From: a virus
Taxonomy: Duplodnaviria; Caudoviricetes
Reading direction: 5' to 3' (one strand)
Length of the DNA: 42,246 nucleotides
Virus record (IMG/VR): IMGVR_UViG_3300025700_000002
Location: 1 to 42,246 of that record
Shown: piece by piece, positions 15,585 through 25,282 of the stretch
How positions within the stretch are numbered: the stretch's first letter is position 1
Layout of the letters: every line of letters starts with the position of its first letter
Made by a program: the position numbers and the translations under genes
Notes under the pieces: generated by a model
What the model saw: the letters and a program-made list of their open reading frames with translations, nothing else
What the model was told of the DNA's origin: nothing
Databases searched by the model: none

Positions 15585-18500
15585 CTATTCTTCAATGGTA
15601 AAGAAACAGTTTTCTATGCGTGGGCTTGCAAAGGGAAAGACTTCCGCAATGGTTATGAATAGTTGATATTGAATGTACCTCTCCGTGACACCAGCTAGAT
15701 AATAGCCATCCTCCCACGGGGTTACGTCATTCTGAATATCCGCTATAACATTACTCCTTCTTATCTTCATTTGAACTACCATGTCTTCGTCATCAATGGT
15801 CCCGTCCCAGCTTTCTGAATCTGCTTCTATGTCAGACCACAGATAAGTCGCAGCCGTCCAGTCTTTCTCGAGTCTTCTTAGGAGTATTCTAGGATTGATA
15901 CGTATGATTTTACTAACTCCTCCAGGTCTATCGAAGATTGGTGAAACTAAAGAGGCCCAACCAGGGTGAACGAATGGGAATGTATCATCAAAGATATAGC
16001 GATTCTCGAATAAACCTCCAAACGTCAGTCCATCACTCGTATAACCGGCCCAGTCATTTACTTGAGGTGAGTCAGATAAGACGATAGAACCAGCAATTTG
16101 GGTGCTGGAAACGGAGGTATCGGTTGCGACCTGACTACTATAGGCACCTGCAAAGTTCCGAGCTCGTATATGAACCCTATTCCTAACAGGTATTTCAAGG
16201 TTTGGATCATATGATTGCTCATATGACTGTTCCCCTGTTTCGATACCAAACTCTTGAAATGAGAAGGTTCCGGCAAGTACTCTTGCAATTACACGGGCAC
16301 CATCCCATCCATGTCCATAACGAATTTCATAGTAGTCTACGAGAGTTTCATCAGCAACCCGCGTCCAGTCCATCTGCATATTACCAGGAGTTGGATATGT
16401 GACAACAAAGTTAGTCACCGGGTCTGGTCGATTAGATAGACCTGTATAAGTTTGTGCGACTCTATTAACCTGATTTGGATTCTTCTTATTTCCTCGAATC
16501 GAGACTGGGACGACTGCAAACTCATAAGTCGTTCCAGGATTGAGCTCTGTAAGAAGCGTATAAGACGTGCCTGGGAACCCCACGGTGCCCACTTGTTGCC
16601 AGAAGTTGAACCCCAGGACACGAAAATAAACCTCAGCTCTCGTAGGAGCTGGGGCACCATTTATGAAGTCAATTGTGGCAAATTGCCAGTTGACCTCTAG
16701 TGTACTAAATATAAACCCGTCCTGTCGGGTTCGAGAGACATTGGTTGCAGATAAAGTTATAACATCCAGCGGTGTTTTTCCTGATCTCCCTAGTCTAGAA
16801 TATACAACTGGCTGCGTGACAATGGTATCATCATAGACTGCTGGTATATACTCTTCTGCCTGAACTGAAAGTTCGAAGTCAGCGGTTAGGTCGATAGACG
16901 TCACCTCGAATGGCTTCGACGGAGGTACTCCATATGCATACTGTGATGCCCGTTGTGGTATAAATGAAAACTGACCTGTGCTAATGATTGTCCCAGCAGG
17001 ATATGAACCGGTCGTGGATGTGACGAGTTGTGTTTCAAGAGTATCTGTATCTATGTCTTGAATGATGACTGATTCACCTCCAATTATTATCAGATCTCGA
17101 TCAAAGATTAGATCCGTACGGGAAGCGACATTCACACCGTCAGAGATTATTCTCCCGCTCTGACCATATCCCGGTGAGTCATGTGAGAACTCAAACACAT
17201 CTCCAGGTAGGAGAGAGAATCCATCTAGTGACATTTCAAAACTAATGGATATCTTAACTAGATTAGACCTACGGAGTTCAAGATTAACCTCTCTAAGAGC
17301 TTGCTTCTTCTCCGTTATTCCGACCCTTTCGATATTAAGTTCTCTATACCTCGAAGGGGACTTAGGTGCACTATTAGCAGCCCTTGCAGTTTCTTCTTCA
17401 AAATCTCGATTCTCATCATCAAACCTTAAGGTAACTGCGTCATAAGTTTCAGCTCTTGACCGAAATCCAATTTTGAGAGTTCCGTCCTTGATGACCCCTT
17501 GACCAACTAGGGATATGGGATTACGAAGTCTGTCAATAACAATAGAGACTACGCCATTAGAAAATCTTGGAGCTGCTTGTCCCATAGTACATATGTCGAT
17601 GAAAGTCCCATAAACTGAGTCCCCACCATTAAATGTATGATTAAATACATTTCTAGCGAGTCCATCTACAATCTCATCATTATAATTTGCCCACGTTAGG
17701 AAGCTGTCCAAGTCAATATTGGAAGTACTGAAGAAGTCTCCTAGCCCGAATATACTATTTCTAAGGATATCCAGCGCAACCCATGCAGGATTTTGGGAGA
17801 ACTGATTTATAAATACCGTGCCCGTCCAAGTGTCTATCCGGCGTCCATCGCACAAGACTTCAACTGTTTTGGCAGACTCACTATTAATCTCTTGTGTCAC
17901 CAGTCCTTCAAGATCAATGAGCGCTATCTTAGCATAAGCAATGGGCGTCCCGCCAAATTCATCTAAGGAATCCAGCACAGGAGAATGGAGGGAGCCGACT
18001 GCTAGTCCACTAGGTGTAGTTCCTATATGACGGAGTTCAAAATCATACTGATCCCGAACTAGCGCAACAGACCTAACAGTCGCAGTAAAGTTATCACGAG
18101 CAAGAGCTTCGATATCAAAGTCTACCCATAGTGAGAATGTCGGTGAGCCTGTTGCCTTGTAACGATACTGATAAGATGACTTGATAGTAAGAGGACCGGA
18201 AGGATGGTTGTCGAAGATGCCTCCATTGAACCTTATATTAAATTGCACGAAAGCAACTTCATTAGTCGTCGTAAAAGAGACCACTAATAAAGAAGGGAGT
18301 AAGGAGACTGAGAAAAGTTGCGTCCCTACATTCCCATGACTATTAGATAACTCGTCTTGTGTTAATGTACCGAATCTAACTGAAAGATTTAAGTCATTAA
18401 ATGTATTAGAATCATTACTATCAATCTCTAGTGTGCTCAGATTGTTTCCAAAAGCATTGATGTCAGTATCCCCAAATACTTTATCACCGATCCTATGAAT

Positions 18501-18788
18501 GGGACCGAAGCCCAACGCAACTACGAACCTGAATCTTTGCTCCCCTAGTACCTGCTTGCCTGACAGAGTTGCTTCAATAATCTGCCCACCGACCTTAACC
18601 CTCCCATAAATTAACGGTATAGGAAAGCCGGGACCAACAGTAAGGATTCGGGCAGGACTCAGTTTAGAGAGTTTCTGTGCTAGGAAATTGGCGGCCTTAG
18701 CTTGTCGGAATAGTAATAGAGAGTTAAGTCCTTTCCGTCTGGACTTTCTCCTGAATAAAGATCCTAAGATCCTCTTATATGACCCCAT
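15585..18788 (-). CDS. Central tail tip / host-specificity protein (lambda J-like) with FN3-like domains
   Basis: PIPLIYGRVKVGG, SQNPAWVALDIL...FGLG, IDLDSFLTWANY, LLPGDVF, AEEY...YD, followed by FN3-type repeats (YEIRYG, IRARN). Confidence 0.88.
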   Translation of the reverse strand: MGSYKRILGSLFRRKSRRKGLNSLLLFRQAKAANFLAQKLSKLSPARILTVGPGFPIPLIYGRVKVGGQIIEATLSGKQVLGEQRFRFVVALGFGPIHRIGDKVFGDTDINAFGNNLSTLEIDSNDSNTFNDLNLSVRFGTLTQDELSNSHGNVGTQLFSVSLLPSLLVVSFTTTNEVAFVQFNIRFNGGIFDNHPSGPLTIKSSYQYRYKATGSPTFSLWVDFDIEALARDNFTATVRSVALVRDQYDFELRHIGTTPSGLAVGSLHSPVLDSLDEFGGTPIAYAKIALIDLEGLVTQEINSESAKTVEVLCDGRRIDTWTGTVFINQFSQNPAWVALDILRNSIFGLGDFFSTSNIDLDSFLTWANYNDEIVDGLARNVFNHTFNGGDSVYGTFIDICTMGQAAPRFSNGVVSIVIDRLRNPISLVGQGVIKDGTLKIGFRSRAETYDAVTLRFDDENRDFEEETARAANSAPKSPSRYRELNIERVGITEKKQALREVNLELRRSNLVKISISFEMSLDGFSLLPGDVFEFSHDSPGYGQSGRIISDGVNVASRTDLIFDRDLIIIGGESVIIQDIDTDTLETQLVTSTTGSYPAGTIISTGQFSFIPQRASQYAYGVPPSKPFEVTSIDLTADFELSVQAEEYIPAVYDDTIVTQPVVYSRLGRSGKTPLDVITLSATNVSRTRQDGFIFSTLEVNWQFATIDFINGAPAPTRAEVYFRVLGFNFWQQVGTVGFPGTSYTLLTELNPGTTYEFAVVPVSIRGNKKNPNQVNRVAQTYTGLSNRPDPVTNFVVTYPTPGNMQMDWTRVADETLVDYYEIRYGHGWDGARVIARVLAGTFSFQEFGIETGEQSYEQSYDPNLEIPVRNRVHIRARNFAGAYSSQVATDTSVSSTQIAGSIVLSDSPQVNDWAGYTSDGLTFGGLFENRYIFDDTFPFVHPGWASLVSPIFDRPGGVSKIIRINPRILLRRLEKDWTAATYLWSDIEADSESWDGTIDDEDMVVQMKIRRSNVIADIQNDVTPWEDGYYLAGVTERYIQYQLFITIAEVFPFASPRIENCFFTIEE

Positions 18789-18790
18789 GC

Positions 18791-19456
18791 TTATACCTCA
18801 AAGATCTCCCCGGTAGGCAAGTCCGGGAACGCTCCAAATCGTTTAGGATGTTGACGTGGGAAAGCTGCAAGAACCTCTTGATCTCCCCAGTATCTACATC
18901 CGAATGTTCCATCTAATCTCTTCGTGCATGTCTGTCCAGTGTTAGGGACTCCAGCATTCACCCCACACTCGGTTCCCAAGAACTCCCAGTGGCAAAAGTC
19001 CTTGAGAAACTTTACCGCTGGGAGTTCTGTATCATCTGATACCATAATCGAAGTCTGAAGTATGATGGAAGTATCATCTGTTTCCACTTCGTCTATGATA
19101 AATGTAATATCATAGGAGTCCGTAAAAGGAGGTTCCAAATTTACGAGTCTAAGCAGAACCGTATTCCCCGTCAGTCCTTGCCCCTCAATAATATAAGGCA
19201 TGAACTTCTGTAGGACATCCTGAATCGTTATAGTGACCCGTTGTATTGTCCCTTCGAGATCTGCACCAATACTAGATAAACTCATAGGGTAAGGATCATA
19301 ATCATCCCCTAAAAAAGTGATACAAACATTGTTATCAGTCACGAAAAACCCAGTATCCAGTGTGGTATCCATTTGAATCTGAGCAAGCCAGACCCATGGA
19401 GCTGAGTTTGAGATCCTGTTTTTACGTGCTATAAACTCTGCGGGAAAGTTTCTCAT
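18791..19456 (-). CDS. Tail tip protein (lambda L-like, Cys cluster)
   Basis: CHW...ECG...TCTKR...GC...RFGAFP; position before the J-like gene. Confidence 0.8.
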   Translation of the reverse strand: MRNFPAEFIARKNRISNSAPWVWLAQIQMDTTLDTGFFVTDNNVCITFLGDDYDPYPMSLSSIGADLEGTIQRVTITIQDVLQKFMPYIIEGQGLTGNTVLLRLVNLEPPFTDSYDITFIIDEVETDDTSIILQTSIMVSDDTELPAVKFLKDFCHWEFLGTECGVNAGVPNTGQTCTKRLDGTFGCRYWGDQEVLAAFPRQHPKRFGAFPDLPTGEIFEV

Positions 19457-19860
19457 TAACTACTCGTCGGGTGGATTAGAGGACAGATTTCAGGTATTTT
19501 TTCTAAAACTATCTCAGCGTTGTATATTTTACCGGCTGTAGGGCCTACACTAATGAGGTTGAAATTAAAATCCGCCTCCCGAAAGTTCCATCTCTCACCT
19601 CGCCAGAGGAAAGTCTCCAATGGTCCGATAGTCAGGAGGAAGAAGTCCCTTAAGAGAACGAATTCACTCTCTATTAGATTCACCCACCTTAATGAAAATG
19701 TCTCATCTGAGTCAGTTGCGCGGGACTTCGTTATGTAGTCACCTCCCTGTGACTTCATAGAGTTCCGACGATACGTACATGTCCCATCTAGGGAGAAGGA
19801 GGGTTCAACGGGTAGCGTCCCTACAGAAGCGGGTTCAACCGCTATAGGTATCTTTATCAT
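19456..19860 (-). CDS. Distal tail protein (lambda M / Dit-like)
   Basis: FSLRWVNL...L.DFF...GPLETFLW; immediately after the tape measure gene. Confidence 0.7.
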   Translation of the reverse strand: MIKIPIAVEPASVGTLPVEPSFSLDGTCTYRRNSMKSQGGDYITKSRATDSDETFSLRWVNLIESEFVLLRDFFLLTIGPLETFLWRGERWNFREADFNFNLISVGPTAGKIYNAEIVLEKIPEICPLIHPTSS

Positions 19861-19861
19861 A

Positions 19862-22800
19862 TTATCCTAATGAACTCCTTATAGCATCTCTCGCCCCCGG
19901 TATGCGACGAGACTCATTAGCGAGAAGTTGAGAGAGCATTCCAGGACTACGTGTGAACATCTGCTGAAAACTCAGTGCATCATTTGCATTGATGGTGAGA
20001 TTAACTATAGTCTGTCCTCCCCCTCCTCCATTCTGCATACTAACGGGGATACTCCGCCCATCCGGCAGGGGAACAAAAGCTTCAGGGCCAGCCTCGCCAA
20101 ACAGAATCGTGGGTTCACTAGTTACCCCTCCTTTAGCCATCCTCGTAATTCCAGAACTTCTTCGTTGAAAGACACCCCCGTCTGCTGCTGCCCCTGACAG
20201 GGCACCTGCAAAGGCACCTACTCCTCCTCCTGCTCCTCCTACTCCTGCTCCTGCAAATCCAGCGGAGGCACCACCTGCAGCGCCAGCAAACGCCCCTACT
20301 CCTCCGGCAGTAAACAGATTGAGTCCAAATTGTATGGCTTTGAAGAGTAAGAGTTTTATAATCATCTTCGTTAAGTCAGCAAGAACGGACTTTGCAAAGT
20401 CTGTAAACGCTTCTTTGGCCGACTTAGTTCCAGATACTACGGCAAAGATCCCACTGACTAATTGACTCTCTAGTGTATTAGCAAGCCCATTTATAAGAGC
20501 TTTCCCCTCGACTGCAAAATCTCTGAACTTTACCCTTAAGTCCTCTAGTCCTTGTGATAATCCAAATCCGAATGTCTCTTTGCGCTTCTTATCCCCCTCA
20601 CCTACACTCTCATTTAGAAAAGAGTCTGCATCCTCGGATCTTCCTGTGCTGAGACTCTTAACAAACTCATCCTTTTGCAGACCTGGTAGTCCGGTTGCAC
20701 TCTTGAACTCTTCCATGCTCAGAGTGTTTACTAACCTAACAGCCTCTATTCGGAATTGTTTAGCCGATAACATATTTGAATCAAATAAGTCTCTAATAGC
20801 TATCAGCTCGGATCTGGCGCGTGGGATCTGATCCAGTACGGGCCTCAAGAATGAGATACTGTCAGTTTTAGCACCTGATTCAGTAAGTGTCTTATTAAAC
20901 TTTATAATATCCGCTTCTAAAGTTCCTATTATGTTATCTCTAGTAAATACTTTCTTAACTTGTTCTGACTGCTTAGCCAAGAATTCAGTATTGAAAGCGG
21001 CAGAAGACTTCTTAAATGCTTCCCTGAATCTTAGGGGCACATCAAGTGCTACCTCGGCAAGAATCTTACCTGTGATTTCAGAAGTCTTACTCAACTGTTT
21101 CAAGAATAAACTGAGTTGAAAGCCTGTATTTCTTATTCTCTTCCTGAACAACTCAGGAGATACTGGAAGTCCACGAGAAGGACGCTTCAAGAAAGTCTCA
21201 AATTGTGCCTTGAACTCTGAAGTAAAGTCCTTGTTCGTCTCTCCTATAGTCTGCAAGAGACGGGGAAGCTGGAGACGGTCAAGTCTTGCTTTGACTTCAA
21301 TCCTATTGATTAAGTCAATGATCTCTGGCAAGTTAGCGGTCTCACGATTTAAGGCTTGAGTTCCTCCTTCTTTTCTAATTTTCTCGAATATTTCACGGAC
21401 CTGAGTGGGGTCTTCCAGCCGACTCTCGATGTTATCCCTAACAGCTTGAGTAAAGATTCCGCCTTTCTCAACATCTAGCTCGTTCGCAAGTGCTGAGTCA
21501 AACTTGAAGGATTTGAATTCACTCTTGAAGATGTCTTTCGCCGTGGAAGTTACGTTCTTGATATCCCTAAGAAATAATGAAGTAGCAACCCCGCGCCCTT
21601 CATCCGTGCCTACAAGTTTGCGAAAGAATAACCCCTGATCCTCCTGCTTTGAGGTTTTCTTATTAAACTTCCCTCCACCCTCTGTAACTATCCTCTCAAT
21701 CTCTTTTCTGGATTCCGCCTGTCGTAATATGGAACGATTCAGGGGACCAGCTCCAAACTTACCCCCTTCAAAGAAGTCTTTTCTGATTGATGCAAAGTTG
21801 GTTCTATTCGCCTTAATACGATTTCCGACCACATCATCACTAGGTAATTCACCAAACTTCCTTAAGATTGCTTCTAGCGCCTTAAACTGCTCAACAAGTT
21901 CTGCGTACTTACTGAAGTCCCTTATGCCCCGAGGATTTACAAGTAGCTTTTCCATTAAATCAGGGATCTCTTTGAGTCTGTCCTTGATGGGTCCAAGGCC
22001 CCGGAATAGTGACTGAAAGGACTTTATGGTGAGTTCACCTCCTAATCTTATTTGCTCCTGTGCGTCTCTGAACGCCCGGTCTTCCATAAGGCGACTAAAG
22101 GCCGTGGAGAAGACCCTTCGATCTCCTGCTGTTGACTTCTCAATACCTGCGTACATCTTCTTGATAGAATCAACCATACCTGTGCCTAGTTTACTAATCC
22201 CCTCCGTGGTTTTCCCCTTAACTCCGATTAATTTATCAACAGAATCCTCAAGACTCTGAGCAATTACAAAATCTGACTGTCTCGCAAGTTCTTTCTTAGT
22301 GAACACCTTCAGACGAGTCGTAGTCCGAATCAATTCATCTTCTATGATTTGAATCTCTTTAGTAATTGCCTCTCGACTCGGGAATGCTCCCGTCGCTTCA
22401 AGAAACTCTCTTAGAGACACCTTCTTTCCGCCTGTCTTGGCGAGAACGGATTTCAACTGCTTAGCACTAAACTGACTACTGATTCCAGGTAATATACCGA
22501 GTATTTCCTGGCCCTCCATCTTAGTCTGTCCCTTTAGTAACTTCCCTACTTCTGACCCTCCCTGTAAGAGGGACATTAATCCATTCTGCTTACCTCCGAC
22601 AACAAAGAGTGCAATCATTCGCCTAAATTCATTCGCGATCGAATCAAATGCTATACTTGCTCCTGCTATAAAGGGATCCCAAACTACCACGGAAGCTGTA
22701 ACGAGTGAAGCAATGAATATGTCTATAAGACCTGAAAGTGTTTTTCCTATAGACGCACTCAGACCCTCAAAGGATTCTACAAGGACTCCACTTCTTGTGT

Positions 22801-24400
22801 CAAAGGAATTCAATACATCATCTATTAAACTATTAAGTAAGGCAGCAAGCTTCTTAAAGTCATTGAATATGACTGAAGTAAACTTTCTTATAGTCGGTCT
22901 TGCAGAAGTAAGAAACTTGTTAAACTCTTTGAGTGCCAGTAGTAGACCGGGACGAACTGTCTCTCCTATGTCTGCGAATATCTCTTGTACTAAGGAAGTA
23001 AGAACCTTAAACTGAGCATTTAGAGAATTCTCTACTATGGTCTGCGCGTTGCCAAAGCTATCAACTACGTCTAAGAGTGCGTCCCTTATAGCCTCTACGT
23101 CATTTGCTATGACCTTGCGAATACCGTTCCCTTCGATTATGGCGCGGCGTCCAACTCGGGTTAAGGTGATACCAAGCCTACGAAGAACCTCAGTCTCCAC
23201 CCCGATGAAGGCAGATGCTACATCTCGAAGGTCACGATTGAAAATCACTGCGACGTTTGCAAGTTTCTTAGTCACCGCTTCTGCGGCTGGAATACCAACG
23301 GCGCGAAGTCTGACGAATGATGCAATAAACTCTTCAGTGGTTAAGGGAGATTTGACAGCCGCCTCTCTAATGGCGGAGAACTCACTCTCTGCTCTAATGG
23401 CATCCTGAGTCACGGCACGTAGTTGTTGTCTAAATGTCTCAAAGTTAGCGGTCGTTTGAATGATCGACTTGCCAAGTCTGAACAGTCCGAAGATCCCCGC
23501 GCCGACGAAAATAGAGAGTGGTAATAATAAACTTCTTAAAGAGGATCCTACAGAGAGGAAACTCCGCTTAATACCGGCAGCCGCCCGTGCCCCCTTCACT
23601 GCCATAACTTTGAAGAGACGGAGAAAATTACGAGTGAGGAATCGCAAAGTCACTGCTACGCCTATTAAGACAGTTCGAGCCCCTCTGCCAAATCTATTTA
23701 TCGCAGCTCGATTTCTTTTGATAAAAGCTGGGATACTCTTAAACGCATTTTTTATACCATCTAACAACTTTGTGACACGCTGTAAATTCCGACCTCTGAA
23801 TCTAGCGAACTCTTTGAGACGTCTCTCAGTTGTCCTGGCCTGAGTCTCAAGCCTTAATAATGCGGTAGAAACTTCATTTATCTCATTCGGTCTGAGAGGG
23901 GCTCGTCGGTTCCTTGTAGTTATTGATTCCGATACATCTAGTTTATTGTCCCTCGCGATGCCTCTTAGGGCGTTACTTCGACGCTCTCTGTCCTTGAACT
24001 TATCCCCTGGACTTGAGGATACCCGGTCGGCCTGTTTCAGAGTTTGTGTGAGCCTCCTGGTCCTCCTCTCTGCCTTCTTTATAGAAAATATAAGATCCTC
24101 AGTATTCCCTTCAATCTGTTTTTTAATCTCAGAGGAAGCTTCCTTGAAGAATTTGGCGGTACTCTTTCGTGCCTCTTTTCCGAATGTCTTAATCTTAGCC
24201 AGACCCCTCTTTAATGCTGAGTCTTTAATGAGTCCTGGACCCTGGAGTCGGCTGGTCTTCTTCTTATTTATGTCCTGGAGAGCTTGCTTCATCTCCTTCA
24301 GACCATTGATCATAAACTTGACTTGCGTACGGGCTCTCCTGAGATTGCCCGTAAACTCATCAAGTAATTTTAGTTTGATCTTAACGTCGCCGCGAGCCAT
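19862..24400 (-). CDS. Tape measure protein (1512 aa)
   Basis: Long helical ORF after the chaperones; N-terminal IKLKLLDEFT, central tape-measure core, C-terminal AKGG...GEAGPEAFVPL. Confidence 0.92.
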   Translation of the reverse strand: MARGDVKIKLKLLDEFTGNLRRARTQVKFMINGLKEMKQALQDINKKKTSRLQGPGLIKDSALKRGLAKIKTFGKEARKSTAKFFKEASSEIKKQIEGNTEDLIFSIKKAERRTRRLTQTLKQADRVSSSPGDKFKDRERRSNALRGIARDNKLDVSESITTRNRRAPLRPNEINEVSTALLRLETQARTTERRLKEFARFRGRNLQRVTKLLDGIKNAFKSIPAFIKRNRAAINRFGRGARTVLIGVAVTLRFLTRNFLRLFKVMAVKGARAAAGIKRSFLSVGSSLRSLLLPLSIFVGAGIFGLFRLGKSIIQTTANFETFRQQLRAVTQDAIRAESEFSAIREAAVKSPLTTEEFIASFVRLRAVGIPAAEAVTKKLANVAVIFNRDLRDVASAFIGVETEVLRRLGITLTRVGRRAIIEGNGIRKVIANDVEAIRDALLDVVDSFGNAQTIVENSLNAQFKVLTSLVQEIFADIGETVRPGLLLALKEFNKFLTSARPTIRKFTSVIFNDFKKLAALLNSLIDDVLNSFDTRSGVLVESFEGLSASIGKTLSGLIDIFIASLVTASVVVWDPFIAGASIAFDSIANEFRRMIALFVVGGKQNGLMSLLQGGSEVGKLLKGQTKMEGQEILGILPGISSQFSAKQLKSVLAKTGGKKVSLREFLEATGAFPSREAITKEIQIIEDELIRTTTRLKVFTKKELARQSDFVIAQSLEDSVDKLIGVKGKTTEGISKLGTGMVDSIKKMYAGIEKSTAGDRRVFSTAFSRLMEDRAFRDAQEQIRLGGELTIKSFQSLFRGLGPIKDRLKEIPDLMEKLLVNPRGIRDFSKYAELVEQFKALEAILRKFGELPSDDVVGNRIKANRTNFASIRKDFFEGGKFGAGPLNRSILRQAESRKEIERIVTEGGGKFNKKTSKQEDQGLFFRKLVGTDEGRGVATSLFLRDIKNVTSTAKDIFKSEFKSFKFDSALANELDVEKGGIFTQAVRDNIESRLEDPTQVREIFEKIRKEGGTQALNRETANLPEIIDLINRIEVKARLDRLQLPRLLQTIGETNKDFTSEFKAQFETFLKRPSRGLPVSPELFRKRIRNTGFQLSLFLKQLSKTSEITGKILAEVALDVPLRFREAFKKSSAAFNTEFLAKQSEQVKKVFTRDNIIGTLEADIIKFNKTLTESGAKTDSISFLRPVLDQIPRARSELIAIRDLFDSNMLSAKQFRIEAVRLVNTLSMEEFKSATGLPGLQKDEFVKSLSTGRSEDADSFLNESVGEGDKKRKETFGFGLSQGLEDLRVKFRDFAVEGKALINGLANTLESQLVSGIFAVVSGTKSAKEAFTDFAKSVLADLTKMIIKLLLFKAIQFGLNLFTAGGVGAFAGAAGGASAGFAGAGVGGAGGGVGAFAGALSGAAADGGVFQRRSSGITRMAKGGVTSEPTILFGEAGPEAFVPLPDGRSIPVSMQNGGGGGQTIVNLTINANDALSFQQMFTRSPGMLSQLLANESRRIPGARDAIRSSLG

Positions 24401-24404
24401 GTTA

Positions 24405-24851
24405 TTACTTCCCTGTTCTGTGTGCTTGCTTACTCTTCGTCTTCATACGGTCCAGACTATCTTGTTCTAACTCCCCGAGTATACGGTCGAACACAAATAG
24501 CGCTTGTATAAAGGTTGCAGATTGATCAAGTACACCCCCGTCTATAGGAAACTTCTTATACTTCTTTAGAAGCATGTAGGTATTAAAAACACGATTCTCT
24601 AGTCGGAGTTTACGCACCATTGACAGTGGACAGCGAGATTGATGGACAACGCCATTCTTACAGTCCTTATATTTACAAGATTCAGACCTTGTCCCTCTAC
24701 ACCTCGGACAATTTAATGCGTAAACTTCCTGACCAGGCTCGCAGGGCTTGTCACAGCCCCACTTCTCACGGATCATTCCTTCAGGGCATTCGCTTCCATG
24801 ACCTTTGAGGATGTCTCCTTGAGCAACTCGGGCGACGAGTTCGAGTTTTTT
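24405..24851 (-). CDS. Tail assembly chaperone extension (gpT-like, reached by -1 frameshift; possible own ATG at 24776)
   Basis: The -1 frame after A AAA AAC reads KLELVARVAQGDILKGHGSECPEGMIREKWGC..., joining track ORF 24405-24776; P.DGGVLDQ motif typical of chaperone extensions. Confidence 0.75.
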   Translation of the reverse strand, partial: KKLELVARVAQGDILKGHGSECPEGMIREKWGCDKPCEPGQEVYALNCPRCRGTRSESCKYKDCKNGVVHQSRCPLSMVRKLRLENRVFNTYMLLKKYKKFPIDGGVLDQSATFIQALFVFDRILGELEQDSLDRMKTKSKQAHRTGK

Positions 24852-25207
24852 GACTCCTCCTCCGACAGCTTATTGACTTCAAGGGCAGCAGAAATGAGCC
24901 TCTGAGTCACATCAGGACCAAAGCATGGGAAGTTTGTAGAAAACATCTCAGTGAAGTCTACTTGTTTACCGTCTGCATACTTGAAGTTAGTCCATCCAAG
25001 CAATCCAATCTTCAAAGCGTCCATACAGGCTCTCATAGTATCACGAGTGTTGCCTGAATCCATGTCTGCCATTGCGTCTTCAAAAGCGCAAAGTTCTTCA
25101 AAATTCATAAGTTTCATGTGAAACTTGGTTTGATCCTCTTCGGGAAGGGATCTGTCCTCCTTAAACACATATGGCTTAAAGCTTGTTGGGGATAGAGCTA
25201 CGGGCAC
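24773..25207 (-). CDS. Tail assembly chaperone (gpG-like)
   Basis: Between tail tube and tape measure; LLGWTNF motif; contains LSEEESKN at the slippery site. Confidence 0.8.
   Translation of the reverse strand: MPVALSPTSFKPYVFKEDRSLPEEDQTKFHMKLMNFEELCAFEDAMADMDSGNTRDTMRACMDALKIGLLGWTNFKYADGKQVDFTEMFSTNFPCFGPDVTQRLISAALEVNKLSEEESKNSNSSPELLKETSSKVMEANALKE
24845..24851 (-). promoter_or_regulatory. Programmed -1 frameshift slippery heptamer A AAA AAC
   Basis: Codons TCA AAA AAC; X XXY YYZ pattern; open -1 frame downstream. Confidence 0.8.
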
Positions 25208-25239
25208 GATAGTTCCTCATTCTAAGTGGAGGGAAGTAA

Positions 25240-25276
25240 GAGTATAAGGGCTAGCCACTTACTAACCCCTATACTC
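25240..25276 (-). terminator. Stem-loop after the tail tube gene (partial terminator/stabiliser)
   Basis: GAGUAUAGGGGUUAG-UAAGUGG-CUAGCCCUUAUACUC: 15-bp stem with two G-U pairs, followed by UUACUU. Confidence 0.7.
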
Positions 25277-25282
25277 AAACGA

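Noticed and set aside
19928-24470. Many long plus-strand ORFs antisense to the tape measure gene
   Set aside because: S/L/A-rich shadow frames expected from codon bias; no RBS or motifs.
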